Source: an uncultured Dehalococcoidia bacterium
Lineage (GTDB): Bacteria > Chloroflexota > Dehalococcoidia > Lucifugimonadales > JADFKI01
Reading direction: 5' to 3'
Length of the DNA stretch: 64,000 nucleotides
NCBI GenBank assembly: GCA_958295865.1
Contig: CATQHF010000006.1
Coordinates: forward strand, 91,022-155,021
Shown here: in pieces, positions 47,749 to 58,510 of the stretch
Numbering within the stretch: the first letter of the stretch is position 1
Layout: the number at the start of each line of letters is the position of its first letter
Program-made: the position numbers and the translations under genes
The notes under the pieces: model-generated
Databases searched by the model: none
The model's input: only the letters and a program-made list of their open reading frames with translations
What the model was told of the DNA's origin: nothing

Positions 47749-49245
47749 CTACGACAGCAGCGCGCCCGCCGCCGTCCGCGCGAAGTTCAGCAGCGGCGTC
47801 GGATATATGCCGAATATCAGCGTGCCAGCGAAGCCCGCCGCCACCGCCAGCTGCATCGGCAGCCCGAACGACACGCGCTCATCCGACGCCGGCTCCGACA
47901 GGAACATCGCCTTGACCACGCGCAGGTAGTAGTACGCGGATATTACGCTGTTCACCACCCCTATCACAACCAGCCATTCGAGGTTGGCTTCCACCGCCGC
48001 CCCGAACAAATATATCTTCGCCCAGAAGCCCACCGCCGGAGGTATGCCCGTCAGCGAGATCATTGCGAGCGTCAGAACCGTCGCCAGCAGCGGCGCGCGC
48101 CGCGCCATCCCCGCGTAGTCGTCTATTCGGTCGCTGTTGATGCGGTTTGAGATGGCGATGATGACCGAGAACGCCGCCAAGTTCGTTGCCGCGAACCCGC
48201 CAAGGTAGAACAGCACGCCCGACGGCCCTATCGTCATCTCCGCGCCCGGCGTCCGCGCCGCCACCGCCGCAAGCCCCACAAGGATGTAACCCGCGTGCGC
48301 CACCGTGCTGTATCCCATCATCCGCTTGATGTTGTCCTGCCGTATGGCGACCAGATTGCCCACCGTCATGGACAGCGCGCTCAGCACCGCGAAGGTCGCG
48401 CTCCAGTCCAGGCTGAGCGCGTCCAGATCGAAGGCTATGTAGAACACGCGCAGGATTATGGCGAACCCCGCCGCCTTGCTCGCCACCGACAGGAACGCGG
48501 TTACGGGCGTGGGCGAACCCTCGTACACATCCGGCGCCCACATCTGAAACGGCACGCTCGCTATCTTGAAGCCGAAGCCCGCTATCATCAGCACGATGCC
48601 GAACAGCAGGGCGTTGCTGCCGAATGGCGTGTCGCCGCTCAGATCCATGCTCGCTATCTGCTGCGCTATCTCCGACAGCGATGTGCTGCCCGTGAAGCCG
48701 TACACGATGACCATGCCGTACAGCAGGATTGCCGAGCTGATGGCGCTCAGTATCAGGAACTTCATGCCCGACTCGGTGGAGCGCGTATCTCGCAGGAACG
48801 CCGCCAGCGCCGCCAACGGCAGGGCGGTCAGCTCCAGCGATATGTATATCGTGATAAGCTCGGTCGTGGATGCCAGCAGCATCATGCCGCAAGTGGAGAA
48901 CAGCACCAGCGCGTAGTATTCCGCCTGAAAGCGCGCGAACTTCTTGACATACTCCGTCGAGGCAAGGATTACCACCGCCGCCGCGCCAATCAGCAGGAAC
49001 TTGAAGAACAGGCTGAACTTGTCCACCGCCAGCGTGTTGAACATGCCGCGCATCTGCGTCGTGTCGCCGCCCGACAGATCGAACCACAGCATCAGGCTGA
49101 ACACCAGAGGCACGACAAGACCGAGCGCTGCCAGTATGGGCAGGACGCTCTTGTTCCTGACCACCAAGTCCACCAGAACCAGAGTGCCCGCCAGCGCTAC
49201 TAGGCTAAGCTCCGGCGCGAGTAGATATAGGTCAAATGCTGTCAT
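47749..49245 (-). CDS. nuoN: NADH-quinone oxidoreductase subunit N
   Basis: FKIASVPFQMWAPDVYEGSPTP, KRMMGYS, GIPP. Confidence 0.95.
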   Translation of the reverse strand: MTAFDLYLLAPELSLVALAGTLVLVDLVVRNKSVLPILAALGLVVPLVFSLMLWFDLSGGDTTQMRGMFNTLAVDKFSLFFKFLLIGAAAVVILASTEYVKKFARFQAEYYALVLFSTCGMMLLASTTELITIYISLELTALPLAALAAFLRDTRSTESGMKFLILSAISSAILLYGMVIVYGFTGSTSLSEIAQQIASMDLSGDTPFGSNALLFGIVLMIAGFGFKIASVPFQMWAPDVYEGSPTPVTAFLSVASKAAGFAIILRVFYIAFDLDALSLDWSATFAVLSALSMTVGNLVAIRQDNIKRMMGYSTVAHAGYILVGLAAVAARTPGAEMTIGPSGVLFYLGGFAATNLAAFSVIIAISNRINSDRIDDYAGMARRAPLLATVLTLAMISLTGIPPAVGFWAKIYLFGAAVEANLEWLVVIGVVNSVISAYYYLRVVKAMFLSEPASDERVSFGLPMQLAVAAGFAGTLIFGIYPTPLLNFARTAAGALLS

Positions 49246-49307
49246 CCAACACTCCGCTAATGTAAGATCCCTTCCCATTCGGAGGGAAGGTTAGAGGCCT
49301 GCCCGTC

Positions 49308-50843
49308 CTAGCGCAGACTCGCCTGCGCCACCCGCTCCAGCGACTGCGCTATCGGCTCGACACCGCTGGCGAACACATCCGATATGAACGACGGATATAC
49401 GCCCACCACTATGATGGCAATGACCAGCAGCGCGATGGGCACATACTGCATCCCCGACACATCCGTAATATCCGCGAACCGCTCCTTGATGGGGCCGAAC
49501 ATCACGCGCTGGAGAGTCCAGAGGATGTACCCCGCCGCCAGAACAACCCCGAAAGCGGCTATCCCCGTGGTGTATGGGAATACCTTGAATGTGCCTAAGA
49601 ACACCATTATTTCCGCGACGAACCCGCTCGTCCCCGGCAGTCCCAGCGAGGCGAGACCGGCGACCAGCAGCGCCACCGCCAGGAACGGCATACGCTTAGC
49701 CAGCCCGCCAAGGTCGGGGATGTAGCGCGTGTGCGCCTTGTCATACAGGAAGCCGACCAGCAGGAACAGCAGCCCCGTTATCGTGCCGTGCGTGAACATC
49801 TGCATCGCCGCGCCCGTCAGTCCCAGCGGCGATACCGTCCCCGATTCTCCGGCGACCGACGCCAGCCCAAGCATCACGAAACCCATGTGGCTGATGCTGC
49901 TGAACGCAATGAGCCGCTTGAGGTCTGTCTGGCGCATCACCACGATGGCGCCGTAAATCACATTTATGACGGCGGCGGTCTCCAGCAGCGACGCCGCGCC
50001 CGACGCCACATCCGGGAACATGCCGATGGACACACGAATCATACCGTAGCCGCCCATCTTTAGCAGCACGCCCGCGAGCATCACGCTGCCCGCCGTTGGC
50101 GCGTCCGTGTGCGCGTCCGGCAGCCATGTGTGCAGAGGCCAGAGCGGCAACTTCACCGCGAACCCCACGAACAGCAGCGCGAATATCACGCCCGCCGGCA
50201 GCAGCAGGTTCGCGCCCTTTATCGCGTCCGGCAGCGCCGTCATGTCGAATGTCCCGGTCGAGAAGAACAGCGCCAGTATGCCCACGAGCATGAACGCGCT
50301 GCCCAATATCGTGAATATCAGGAACTTCATCGCCGAGTATTCGCGCTTGCTCTTGGGGTCGCTCCCCCAGATGGCGATGAGGAAGAACATCGGGATGAGC
50401 TCGAGCTCCCAGAACAGGAAGAACAGCAGGAAGTCGAGCGATGTGAACACGCCCATCACGCCCGTTTGCAGCGCCAGCAGCCAGATGAAGTACTCCCGCA
50501 CTCGCAGCCGTATCTGCCACGACGCCAGCACCGCTACCAGCCCGAGCAAGCCCGTCAGCAGCACTAGCGGCGCGCTCAGCCCGTCGACGCCCAGCAGATA
50601 CTGCACCGCGAACCCGTCGTCGCCAAGCCCGGGGATCCAGTTGGCGAAGCGATCCACGAGTTGAACGCCGCCCGCGTCCTTGTTGTAGGCGGCGAATACT
50701 CCGATTGCCAGCGCGAATTCGACGACGGCGATCGCCGCCGCGAACACGCGGACATGCCTATCGTTCCTGAGCAGCAGCGCAATGATGACCGCGCCCGCCA
50801 AAGGCACGAATACCACCGCGCTCAACAAACCTGTGAACTCCAA
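49308..50843 (-). CDS. nuoM: NADH-quinone oxidoreductase subunit M
   Basis: HTWLPDAHTDAPTAGS, LKMGGYG, GLPGTSGF. Confidence 0.95.
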   Translation of the reverse strand: MEFTGLLSAVVFVPLAGAVIIALLLRNDRHVRVFAAAIAVVEFALAIGVFAAYNKDAGGVQLVDRFANWIPGLGDDGFAVQYLLGVDGLSAPLVLLTGLLGLVAVLASWQIRLRVREYFIWLLALQTGVMGVFTSLDFLLFFLFWELELIPMFFLIAIWGSDPKSKREYSAMKFLIFTILGSAFMLVGILALFFSTGTFDMTALPDAIKGANLLLPAGVIFALLFVGFAVKLPLWPLHTWLPDAHTDAPTAGSVMLAGVLLKMGGYGMIRVSIGMFPDVASGAASLLETAAVINVIYGAIVVMRQTDLKRLIAFSSISHMGFVMLGLASVAGESGTVSPLGLTGAAMQMFTHGTITGLLFLLVGFLYDKAHTRYIPDLGGLAKRMPFLAVALLVAGLASLGLPGTSGFVAEIMVFLGTFKVFPYTTGIAAFGVVLAAGYILWTLQRVMFGPIKERFADITDVSGMQYVPIALLVIAIIVVGVYPSFISDVFASGVEPIAQSLERVAQASLR

Positions 50844-50917
50844 GCTTTACCTCTGATTACCCTAGGGTCTTTCAGTCGCTCCACTCTATCAGAGGGACGC
50901 TTGAAAGACCGCGCCTA

Positions 50918-52885
50918 TTATCCCAAGAACAGGAAGATGCCGAATATGATCAATATGCCTATCGAGATGCCCATGCCGTAGGCTTGCAGCTGCCCGGTCT
51001 GCGCCTGACGCAGCGCCGTGCCGGTGTTAGCGCCCAGCCAGCCCAGGAAGTTGGCGAGCTTGTCCACAACCGACCTGTCCACCCAGTCGAGCGCGTATGA
51101 CAGCCAGCCGTAGAAGCCGCGCCTCACGATGATGTCCTCGTACAGCTCATCCATGAAGTATTTGCGATACAGCAGCGTGTGGACGGGCCGCAGCGCGTTC
51201 CCCATCGCCTCCGGCGACACCGCCCGCGAGATGTACATCAAATAGGCGAGCAGGATGCCGCCAACCGCTACCAGCGTTGAGAGCGCCGCGATGAAGATGT
51301 TGAAGCTTCCCGCCTCCACATGCACCGCCGGGTTGTAGTCCAAGAAGTGCGCCAGCCAGTGCGCGGGGATGATGCCGAGGTCGAAGATGGAGTTGGCGAG
51401 GAAGCCCGCCGCTACCGCCGGGATCGCCAGTATGACGAGCGGCGCTACCATCGTCTTCGGCGACTCGTCCACATGCACGCTGCCGAGGTGCGTCTCGGTG
51501 TCCGGGTCCCTGTCCGCGCCGCCCCTGAAGCTGCCGTGGAAGGTCATGAACACCGCGCGGAACATGTAGAACGCCGTCATGAACGCCGCAATCAGCGCCA
51601 GCGCGAACACGATACCGCTCACGGCGTTCCCGCCTCCGAATGCGTGGCTCAGTATTTCGTCCTTGCTCCAGAAGCCCGCCAACGGGAATATCCCCGCGAG
51701 GCTCAGGCTGCCGATGACGAATGTGCCGTATGTCCATGGCATCGCCTTGCGAAGCCCGCCCATGTAGCGCATGTCGAAAGTGCCGCTTGCGTGATTGACG
51801 CTGCCCGATCCGAGGAACAGCAGCGCCTTGAAGAAGGCATGCGTGAACAGGTGGAATATCGCCGCTCCGTAAGCGCCGACGCCCAGCGCCAGCATCATGT
51901 AGCCCAGCTGGCTCACCGTCGAGTAGGCGAGAACGCGCTTGATGTCGTTCATCACAAGCCCCATGGACGCGGCGAATATCGCCGTGATGCCGCCAATGAT
52001 AGCGACCGTATTCATCGCGGCGAGCGACATCTCGAACATGGGGAAGAAGCGCGCGACTAGGAACACGCCTGCCGCGACCATCGTGGCGGCGTGAATCAGC
52101 GCGCTCACCGGCGTTGGGCCTTCCATCGCGTCGGGCAGCCATGTGTGCAGCGGGAACTGCGCCGACTTGCCCATCGCGCCCGCGAAGATGCCCAGCGCTA
52201 CCCACTGCGCCGCTCCGACTGCCAGCAGCCCCATCTCTATGCTTTGGTATATGTCCGTAACCACGAACACATTCAGCCCTTCCGCCGCGAGCGCGTCCCC
52301 GTTGAAGAACAGGTACAGGATGCCCAGCAGGAAGGCGAAGTCGGCGAAGCGCGTGATTATGAACGCCTTCTTCGCGGCGGCGGCGGCGGACGGCCTGTCG
52401 AACCAGAAGCCTATCAGCAGGTATGAGCCTAGCCCCACCAGCTCCCAGAAGACGAACATCTGGATGAGGTTGTTGGCGAGGACCAGTCCGAGCATCGCGG
52501 AGGTGAACAGCGACATATAGGCGAAGTATCGCGCATAGCCGTTGTCGCCGTGCATGTAGCCGATGGAGTATATCTGCACCATGAGGCTGACGCCCGTCAC
52601 GACGACCAGCGTTATCGCGGTGAGCGGGTCCATCAGGATGCCGACGGCAAAGTCGAACTCACCCGCGCTAATCCAGGTATGCACCGGATACGCCAGTTCG
52701 CCGTGACTGCTCGCGGACGCGGACAGCGCCCACAGCGAAAGTATGAACGACAAGCCGACGGCGGCTATCGTGATGTATGCGGCTGCCTTAGCCTCAGCGC
52801 CAAGTATCGGTCTGACGACCAAGCCAATCAGCGCGAACGACGCCAAGGGCAGGAACAGGATGAGCCATGCGGCTGCTTCCGGCAT
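50918..52885 (-). CDS. nuoL: NADH-quinone oxidoreductase subunit L
   Basis: GKSAQFPLHTWLPDAMEGPTPVSALIHAATMV, HAFFKALLFL. Confidence 0.96.
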   Translation of the reverse strand: MPEAAAWLILFLPLASFALIGLVVRPILGAEAKAAAYITIAAVGLSFILSLWALSASASSHGELAYPVHTWISAGEFDFAVGILMDPLTAITLVVVTGVSLMVQIYSIGYMHGDNGYARYFAYMSLFTSAMLGLVLANNLIQMFVFWELVGLGSYLLIGFWFDRPSAAAAAKKAFIITRFADFAFLLGILYLFFNGDALAAEGLNVFVVTDIYQSIEMGLLAVGAAQWVALGIFAGAMGKSAQFPLHTWLPDAMEGPTPVSALIHAATMVAAGVFLVARFFPMFEMSLAAMNTVAIIGGITAIFAASMGLVMNDIKRVLAYSTVSQLGYMMLALGVGAYGAAIFHLFTHAFFKALLFLGSGSVNHASGTFDMRYMGGLRKAMPWTYGTFVIGSLSLAGIFPLAGFWSKDEILSHAFGGGNAVSGIVFALALIAAFMTAFYMFRAVFMTFHGSFRGGADRDPDTETHLGSVHVDESPKTMVAPLVILAIPAVAAGFLANSIFDLGIIPAHWLAHFLDYNPAVHVEAGSFNIFIAALSTLVAVGGILLAYLMYISRAVSPEAMGNALRPVHTLLYRKYFMDELYEDIIVRRGFYGWLSYALDWVDRSVVDKLANFLGWLGANTGTALRQAQTGQLQAYGMGISIGILIIFGIFLFLG

Positions 52886-53080
52886 TTACAGCTTCCTCAA
52901 TATCTCATCCGCGACATGCTCGCGCCCCTTGGGCACCAGCACGCGGAAACTCGTCCGCTCGCCCCAGCTCATGATGTCGCCGTCCGGGATAATCTGCGTG
53001 GGCAAGCCGTCGCCTTCCAGCACATCTTTCCACATCTGCGCCGTCATCAGGTTCGACGCTTTCTTATAGTCAATCCACAT
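52886..53080 (-). CDS. Small DUF2007-like (PII-like fold) protein within the nuo operon
   Basis: A.MWKDVLE..G....I...VLVP...A.EIL pattern; abuts nuoL. Confidence 0.65.
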   Translation of the reverse strand: MWIDYKKASNLMTAQMWKDVLEGDGLPTQIIPDGDIMSWGERTSFRVLVPKGREHVADEILRKL

Positions 53081-53089
53081 GGTTAGCCC

Positions 53090-53443
53090 TTACTGCTTGA
53101 GTTCGGCGGCGTCCGACACGAAGATACTGGAACGCTGCCTAAATATCGCCAGCACGATTGCCAGCCCGAGCGCCACCTCTGCCGCCGCAACCGTGATTAT
53201 GAATATCGTGAAGACCTGCCCGGTCAGCAGGAACTGTACGACCTCATCCGTAGTCGCCTGCGGATTCTGCGCGATGCCCAACGGCACGATATAGCGCGAC
53301 ATAGCCACCGCGCTGATATTCACCGCGTTGAACATCAACTCGATGGACATCAGAACGGTGATGGCGTTCTGCTTCGTCATCGCGCCGTACAGCCCGATAG
53401 CGAATATAATCGCCGATACTATCAGAAAGTTCTCAAGACTCAA
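53090..53443 (-). CDS. nuoK: NADH-quinone oxidoreductase subunit K
   Basis: MSIELMFNAVN, VAAAEVALGLA. Confidence 0.95.
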   Translation of the reverse strand: MSLENFLIVSAIIFAIGLYGAMTKQNAITVLMSIELMFNAVNISAVAMSRYIVPLGIAQNPQATTDEVVQFLLTGQVFTIFIITVAAAEVALGLAIVLAIFRQRSSIFVSDAAELKQ

Positions 53444-53484
53444 TTCTGTCTATATCCTATTCATCCGTCCGTCGGCGTTAGCCT

Positions 53485-54042
53485 CTACCGCTCTCGTATC
53501 AGCGCAAGCGCCCCGATTAGCGCTGCCAGCAGCACCACGGACGCCACCTCGAACGCCAGCACGAAGTCGCGCAGCAACAGACGCCCAATCCATGGGATGG
53601 TGTTGGAGAACACCTCGCCGATGCGGTCGGAAGCGTCTGCCGTGATTGCGCCGCTCGCGACGGCGGCTTCTATCGTGTTCCAGTTGGTCGTAACGGCGAC
53701 ATATATCGCAACCGCCGCGAACAGCGCGGATAATATCGCCATAGGCAGGCGAAAGCGGTTCGATGGGCTGCCCTCCTCCACATCCCTTGTCATAAGGATG
53801 GCGAAGATTATCAGCACCGATATTGCGCCCACATAGACCAGCACCTGCACCACGGCGAGGAACTCCGCTCGCAGCAGCACGAACATCCCGGCGACGCCGA
53901 GAAAAGATACTATCAGAAACAGCGCAGCCCTGAACAGATCCTTGAGCACCACCACAGCCAAAGCCGCAACGATGCTGGAGACGGCAATCGTCCAGAATAC
54001 GATGTCCGCGAGCAGGCTCGCCTCTGTGCCCTGACCCAACAT
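53485..54042 (-). CDS. nuoJ: NADH-quinone oxidoreductase subunit J
   Basis: AEFLAVVQVLVYVGAI, FEVASVVLL. Confidence 0.94.
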   Translation of the reverse strand: MLGQGTEASLLADIVFWTIAVSSIVAALAVVVLKDLFRAALFLIVSFLGVAGMFVLLRAEFLAVVQVLVYVGAISVLIIFAILMTRDVEEGSPSNRFRLPMAILSALFAAVAIYVAVTTNWNTIEAAVASGAITADASDRIGEVFSNTIPWIGRLLLRDFVLAFEVASVVLLAALIGALALIRER

Positions 54043-54713
54043 TAACGCTCAGTCCACCTTTCTTCCTGCTCTTGCACCGTCGGCCTCTCGTGCCGCCCCG
54101 CGTTCTGCCACTCCAGAGCGTCGTGCGTATGCGGATGGTAGCCTTTGTCCTCTATCTGCGGACGGAACCATGTGCTGGGCTGCTTGGGCGATTCGTTCAG
54201 CATCTGCTTGTTTATCACGAGGTCGCTGCGTCGGTACTTGCCCTCTTCGAAGCCGCTGCCCATGTGCAGGGCGTCATAGGGGCACGCCTCCACGCACAGC
54301 CCGCAGAACATGCACCTGCCGATGTCGATGTCGAATACATCTATGGAATACTTGTCGCCCTCCGGGACATCCTCGCCGCTGGGATGGGTGACGATGCGGA
54401 TGATCCCGAGCGGGCAATACTTGGCGCAGCTGGCGCAGCCGGTGCAGCGCTGCTCGTACCAGCTGAACTCCTCGCCTCGGAAGCGTCCGTGCTGCGGCAT
54501 CCTGTCAGGCACGCTCATCAACCCAACCAGCGCCTTGATAGCGGTGCCGGGTTCCTTGACGGCGAGCGACATGGCGTTGGTGTTCCGCATCTTGGCAAGC
54601 CCGACCAGTCCAATCTTGCGGTCGGGATACTGGTTCAGGGTGAACATTCGGCTCGGCATGACCAGATTCTTCATCGTGATGCCAAGCCCCTTGAGCAGTC
54701 CGGTTCCATACAT
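54042..54713 (-). CDS. nuoI: NADH-quinone oxidoreductase subunit I
   Basis: CTGCASCAKYCP and CMFCGLCVEACP. Confidence 0.93.
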   Translation of the reverse strand: MYGTGLLKGLGITMKNLVMPSRMFTLNQYPDRKIGLVGLAKMRNTNAMSLAVKEPGTAIKALVGLMSVPDRMPQHGRFRGEEFSWYEQRCTGCASCAKYCPLGIIRIVTHPSGEDVPEGDKYSIDVFDIDIGRCMFCGLCVEACPYDALHMGSGFEEGKYRRSDLVINKQMLNESPKQPSTWFRPQIEDKGYHPHTHDALEWQNAGRHERPTVQEQEERWTER

Positions 54714-54715
54714 GG

Positions 54716-55912
54716 CTAGTCTGCCTCCGCATACATGTTTGCAAGGGGTGACGGCTGCGGCGCGGGGCGCTCCAGCTTCTTACCGCCAAGCAGGTTGACC
54801 ATCACGATGATGGCGGCGATGGTGATGACCCAGTTCACCGCTGCCATCGTCCACAGCCCGCGCGTGGAAATTTGCCCTTGCGCGTCTTGGAACAGCATTA
54901 CTTCGACGGCGATGACGAAGATGTTCAGCAGCGCCAGCCCGAACAGCCCCTTCCATGCGAACGCCATAATCTGGTCGATACGCAGCCTGGGCCATGTCGC
55001 TCTTACCCAGAGCAGACCAAAGATGACGACGACCACCTTGAGCACGAACCATACCTGTCCCGGTATCGGATCGAACCCGCGCGTGCCGCCGAAGAACAGC
55101 GCCACCGCGATTATGCTTACAACGATGGGAGCCATGAATTCGGCGAGTTGGAAGATGGCGAACTTCATGCCGCTGTATTCGGTGTGGTAGCCCGCGCCAA
55201 GCTCCGATTCCGCTTCAATCTGGTCGAAGGGGGTTCGGCTCATCTCGGCAGACGCGGCGGCGAGGAACACGAGGAAGCCCAACGGCTGCACAAGCAGGAA
55301 GGGCACGTTTTGCGCCTGCACTACATCGTAGAGCGACATGGAGTTGGCTATGAGCACGACGCCCGTGATAGCCAGCGCCATAGGGACTTCGTAGCTGCAC
55401 AGCATCGCCACGCCGCGCATCGCGCCCAGCATCGCGTACTTGTTGCGCGACGCCCAACCCGCCGCGAGCACCGCAACCGTGTTCAGCGAGGTAACGCCCA
55501 CGATGAACAGCACGCCGATGTTGAGCCTGCCGAGGAAGGTGTTCTCGCCGAATGGGATGACGGCGATTACAAGCACCGTCGGCGCGAACAGGATGACGGG
55601 CGCAATCGCAAACACGAGGCGATCTGCCGATGCGGGCGTGGTGTCTTCCTTGACGATGAGCTTGATGATATCCGCGAAGGGTTGGAGCAGCCCGAACGGC
55701 CCCCAGCGATTGGGCCCCATCCGCGCCTGAAACCTGCCGATGGTGCGCCGCTCGAACCATGTGTACAGCGCGGTGGAAAGCACCAGCGCGTTGATGACGA
55801 TGAACGCCAGCACGCCACAGGCAGCCGCGTATGCGAGCCAGCCCGGCAAGAAGAGCGCAAACAGGCCGTATATGCCGTGGAAGCTGAGGAGTCCCGTCTG
55901 AGAGAAGTCCAT
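54716..55912 (-). CDS. nuoH: NADH-quinone oxidoreductase subunit H
   Basis: GLLQPFADIIK, SYEVP, RTPFD, EAESEL, TEYSG. Confidence 0.96.
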   Translation of the reverse strand: MDFSQTGLLSFHGIYGLFALFLPGWLAYAAACGVLAFIVINALVLSTALYTWFERRTIGRFQARMGPNRWGPFGLLQPFADIIKLIVKEDTTPASADRLVFAIAPVILFAPTVLVIAVIPFGENTFLGRLNIGVLFIVGVTSLNTVAVLAAGWASRNKYAMLGAMRGVAMLCSYEVPMALAITGVVLIANSMSLYDVVQAQNVPFLLVQPLGFLVFLAAASAEMSRTPFDQIEAESELGAGYHTEYSGMKFAIFQLAEFMAPIVVSIIAVALFFGGTRGFDPIPGQVWFVLKVVVVIFGLLWVRATWPRLRIDQIMAFAWKGLFGLALLNIFVIAVEVMLFQDAQGQISTRGLWTMAAVNWVITIAAIIVMVNLLGGKKLERPAPQPSPLANMYAEAD

Positions 55913-57018
55913 TATCTATCCACCTCACCGAGCACGATGTCGATGGAGCCGAAGATGACGATAAGGTCGCTCATCTTCCAGCCTATCAGCATATCGCGCA
56001 GGGGCGTGATGTTGATGAACGATGGCGCACGCACGTGGCAGCGATAGGGCGCGATCCCGCCGTCGCTGACAAGATAGAAGCCCAGCTCGCCCTTGGGTGA
56101 CTCGACCGCGGCGTAGATGTCGCCTTGGGGGGGACGAATGAAGAAGGGCGCTTGCGTCCTGATAGACCCTCTTGGAATATCCTTGACGCACTGCCGGATG
56201 ATGCGAATGCTCTCGCGCATCTCTTGGATGCGAACGATGTAGCGATCGAAGGTGTCGCCCAAGCCGCCGATGGGGATGTCGAACTCCAGCCGGTCGTAAA
56301 TCTCATAGGGCGCTGCCTTACGCAAGTCCCACTCGACGCCTGCCGCGCGCAGCATGGGCCCCGACACCGAAAAATCGATTGCCTGCTCGTCGTTCAGGAT
56401 GCCCACATGTCTGGTTCGCGTGAGCACGATTTCGTTGCCTGAAATCAGGGCTTCCAGCTCGTCGATATATTTGGGCATGTTCCCGATAAAAGTGTCCAGC
56501 GCAACCCAGAAGTCATCCGGCGCATCCTGGAACACGCCGCCCGGCCGCATGTAGCTGAGTGTAATGCGCGCGCCGCACAGCATTTCGAACAGGTCGAGGA
56601 TGCGCTCGCGCTCGCGGAAGCAGTACATAAGCGGCGTGGCAAGCGCCCCAAGGTCATTGAGCAGGAAGCCCGTCGCCATCAGGTGGCTTGCGATACGCTG
56701 CAACTCGGCGCTGATGACTCGTATGTACTGCGCGCGCTCCGGCACCTCGATGCCCGCGAGTTGCTCAACCGCCCGCACATACGCGAGATTGTTCGACATG
56801 CTTGCGATGTAGTCCATTCGGTCGGTCAGCGTAACAATCTGCACATAAGTCCGGCCTTCCGCCAGCTTCTCGGAGCCGCGATGCAGGTAGCCGAGCACCG
56901 GCTCCACATCGACGATAACTTCGCCGTCGAATGTGACGCGCAACCTGAACACGCCGTGCGTGCTTGGATGCTGCGGGCCCAGGTTTATAGTAACCGGCTC
57001 AGTTCTGACAGTTGTCAT
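55912..57018 (-). CDS. nuoD: NADH-quinone oxidoreductase subunit D
   Basis: NLGPQHPSTHGV, GYLHRG, ESPKGELG, GEVDR. Confidence 0.96.
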   Translation of the reverse strand: MTTVRTEPVTINLGPQHPSTHGVFRLRVTFDGEVIVDVEPVLGYLHRGSEKLAEGRTYVQIVTLTDRMDYIASMSNNLAYVRAVEQLAGIEVPERAQYIRVISAELQRIASHLMATGFLLNDLGALATPLMYCFRERERILDLFEMLCGARITLSYMRPGGVFQDAPDDFWVALDTFIGNMPKYIDELEALISGNEIVLTRTRHVGILNDEQAIDFSVSGPMLRAAGVEWDLRKAAPYEIYDRLEFDIPIGGLGDTFDRYIVRIQEMRESIRIIRQCVKDIPRGSIRTQAPFFIRPPQGDIYAAVESPKGELGFYLVSDGGIAPYRCHVRAPSFINITPLRDMLIGWKMSDLIVIFGSIDIVLGEVDR

Positions 57019-57026
57019 GCGTCGCC

Positions 57027-57479
57027 TTAAACATCCTGTCCAAGATAGTCTTTTCGCAGTGGATGGCCTGGGAAGCCCTCCCAGAGCAGTATGCGCTTCA
57101 GGTTGGGATGCCCCTCAAAGCGTATGCCAAACAGGTCCCAGACCTCGCGTTCCTGAAAGTCCGCGCCCCGCCAAACGCCACTCACCGATTGAACCTGCAC
57201 TTCGTCTCTGCCGTAGCACTCCGCCTTGACCACAACGCTCTGGTTGAGCGTGAGCGAAACAAGGTGATAGACGAGCTCGAAGTATTCGATGTAGTCAACC
57301 GCGGTGATGGAGGACAGGAAAGAGAACTCCAGTCCGGGGGTGTCCTTGAGGAAGCGCGCCACATTGAGAATAGATGTCGGATCCACCCAAACATCACCGT
57401 CAGCGAAGCGCACAACCGCGCCCGGCAAGTCTGAGTTGATGCGTCTTGCGACATCTGCCCCGGCAAGAACTCTGGTCAT
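57027..57479 (-). CDS. nuoC: NADH-quinone oxidoreductase subunit C
   Basis: EREVWDLFGI.F.GHPNLKRIL, GHPLRKDY. Confidence 0.94.
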   Translation of the reverse strand: MTRVLAGADVARRINSDLPGAVVRFADGDVWVDPTSILNVARFLKDTPGLEFSFLSSITAVDYIEYFELVYHLVSLTLNQSVVVKAECYGRDEVQVQSVSGVWRGADFQEREVWDLFGIRFEGHPNLKRILLWEGFPGHPLRKDYLGQDV

Positions 57480-57492
57480 AAGTATGCTGGTC

Positions 57493-58113
57493 TCACTTCT
57501 GGCGAGCGATGGAATACCGCTTGATTTTCTCGTGAAGCTGCATGATGCCATAGAGCAGCGCGTCCGGTCGGGGAGGGCAGCCCGGCACATATACATCAAC
57601 GGGGATGATGTGATTCACGCCCGGCACCACGCTGTAGCTGCCGTAGTATGGTCCTCCGCTTGTGGCGCACACGCCCATGGATATTACCCACTTGGGGTCT
57701 GCCATCTGCTCATAGACGCGCTGGATCGCAGGAGCCATCTTCCATGTAACCGTGCCCGCGATGATAATCAGGTCCGCTTGGCGCGGGGAGGGCCTGAACG
57801 CCTCCATGCCGAAGCGCGATATGTCGAAGCGCGACATTGCGCTCGCCATCATCTCGAACGCGCAGCACGCCAGCCCAAACGACAGGGGCCATACCGCCGA
57901 CTTTCTGCCCCAGTTCACCAGCGCGTCGACCGAAGTAACGGCTATGTTGCGCTCTAGGTCGTCAGGCACTTCGATGATGGGTTCTGCCAGCATCGCGGTG
58001 TGAGTCGCCTTGATGTGGTTGATGACCTCGCCTTCGTCCCTGTCGACGCTCCAAGTCTGCTCGAACAGGGGAATGGTGAGGCTATGGCTTTCCTGCGCGC
58101 TGTTCTCAGTCAT
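57493..58113 (-). CDS. nuoB: NADH-quinone oxidoreductase subunit B
   Basis: [23 protein letters not shown]. Confidence 0.96.
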   Translation of the reverse strand: MTENSAQESHSLTIPLFEQTWSVDRDEGEVINHIKATHTAMLAEPIIEVPDDLERNIAVTSVDALVNWGRKSAVWPLSFGLACCAFEMMASAMSRFDISRFGMEAFRPSPRQADLIIIAGTVTWKMAPAIQRVYEQMADPKWVISMGVCATSGGPYYGSYSVVPGVNHIIPVDVYVPGCPPRPDALLYGIMQLHEKIKRYSIARQK

Positions 58114-58114
58114 T

Positions 58115-58510
58115 CTAACTCCATTCGAGAGAGCCTTTGCGCCATGCGTACAGCCAGCCGATGATGAGGATGGCGATGAACACCAGCATCTCCAGCAGAA
58201 TGAATATCCCGAAGTGTCGGCTCATGTAGCCGTAGCTCGCTGCCCATGGGAACAGGAATATCACCTCGACATCGAATATCACGAACAGCAGCGCAAAGCC
58301 GTAGAACCTGAAGTTGAACTGGCTCCACCTGCCGGTCAGCGTCTCGAAGCCGCACTCGTAGATGCTTTCCTTGACGGCGCTCGGCATCTGGGGCCGAATC
58401 TTCAGCAGCGAAAGCGCCCAAGACATCAGCAGCATGCCAACCGGCACCGCGACCGCAATGGCGGCGAATATGGCTATGTAGCCGTATTGTCGGAAGTAAT
58501 CGTCCAGCAT
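58115..58510 (-). CDS. nuoA: NADH-quinone oxidoreductase subunit A
   Basis: [26 protein letters not shown]. Confidence 0.95.
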   Translation of the reverse strand: MLDDYFRQYGYIAIFAAIAVAVPVGMLLMSWALSLLKIRPQMPSAVKESIYECGFETLTGRWSQFNFRFYGFALLFVIFDVEVIFLFPWAASYGYMSRHFGIFILLEMLVFIAILIIGWLYAWRKGSLEWS

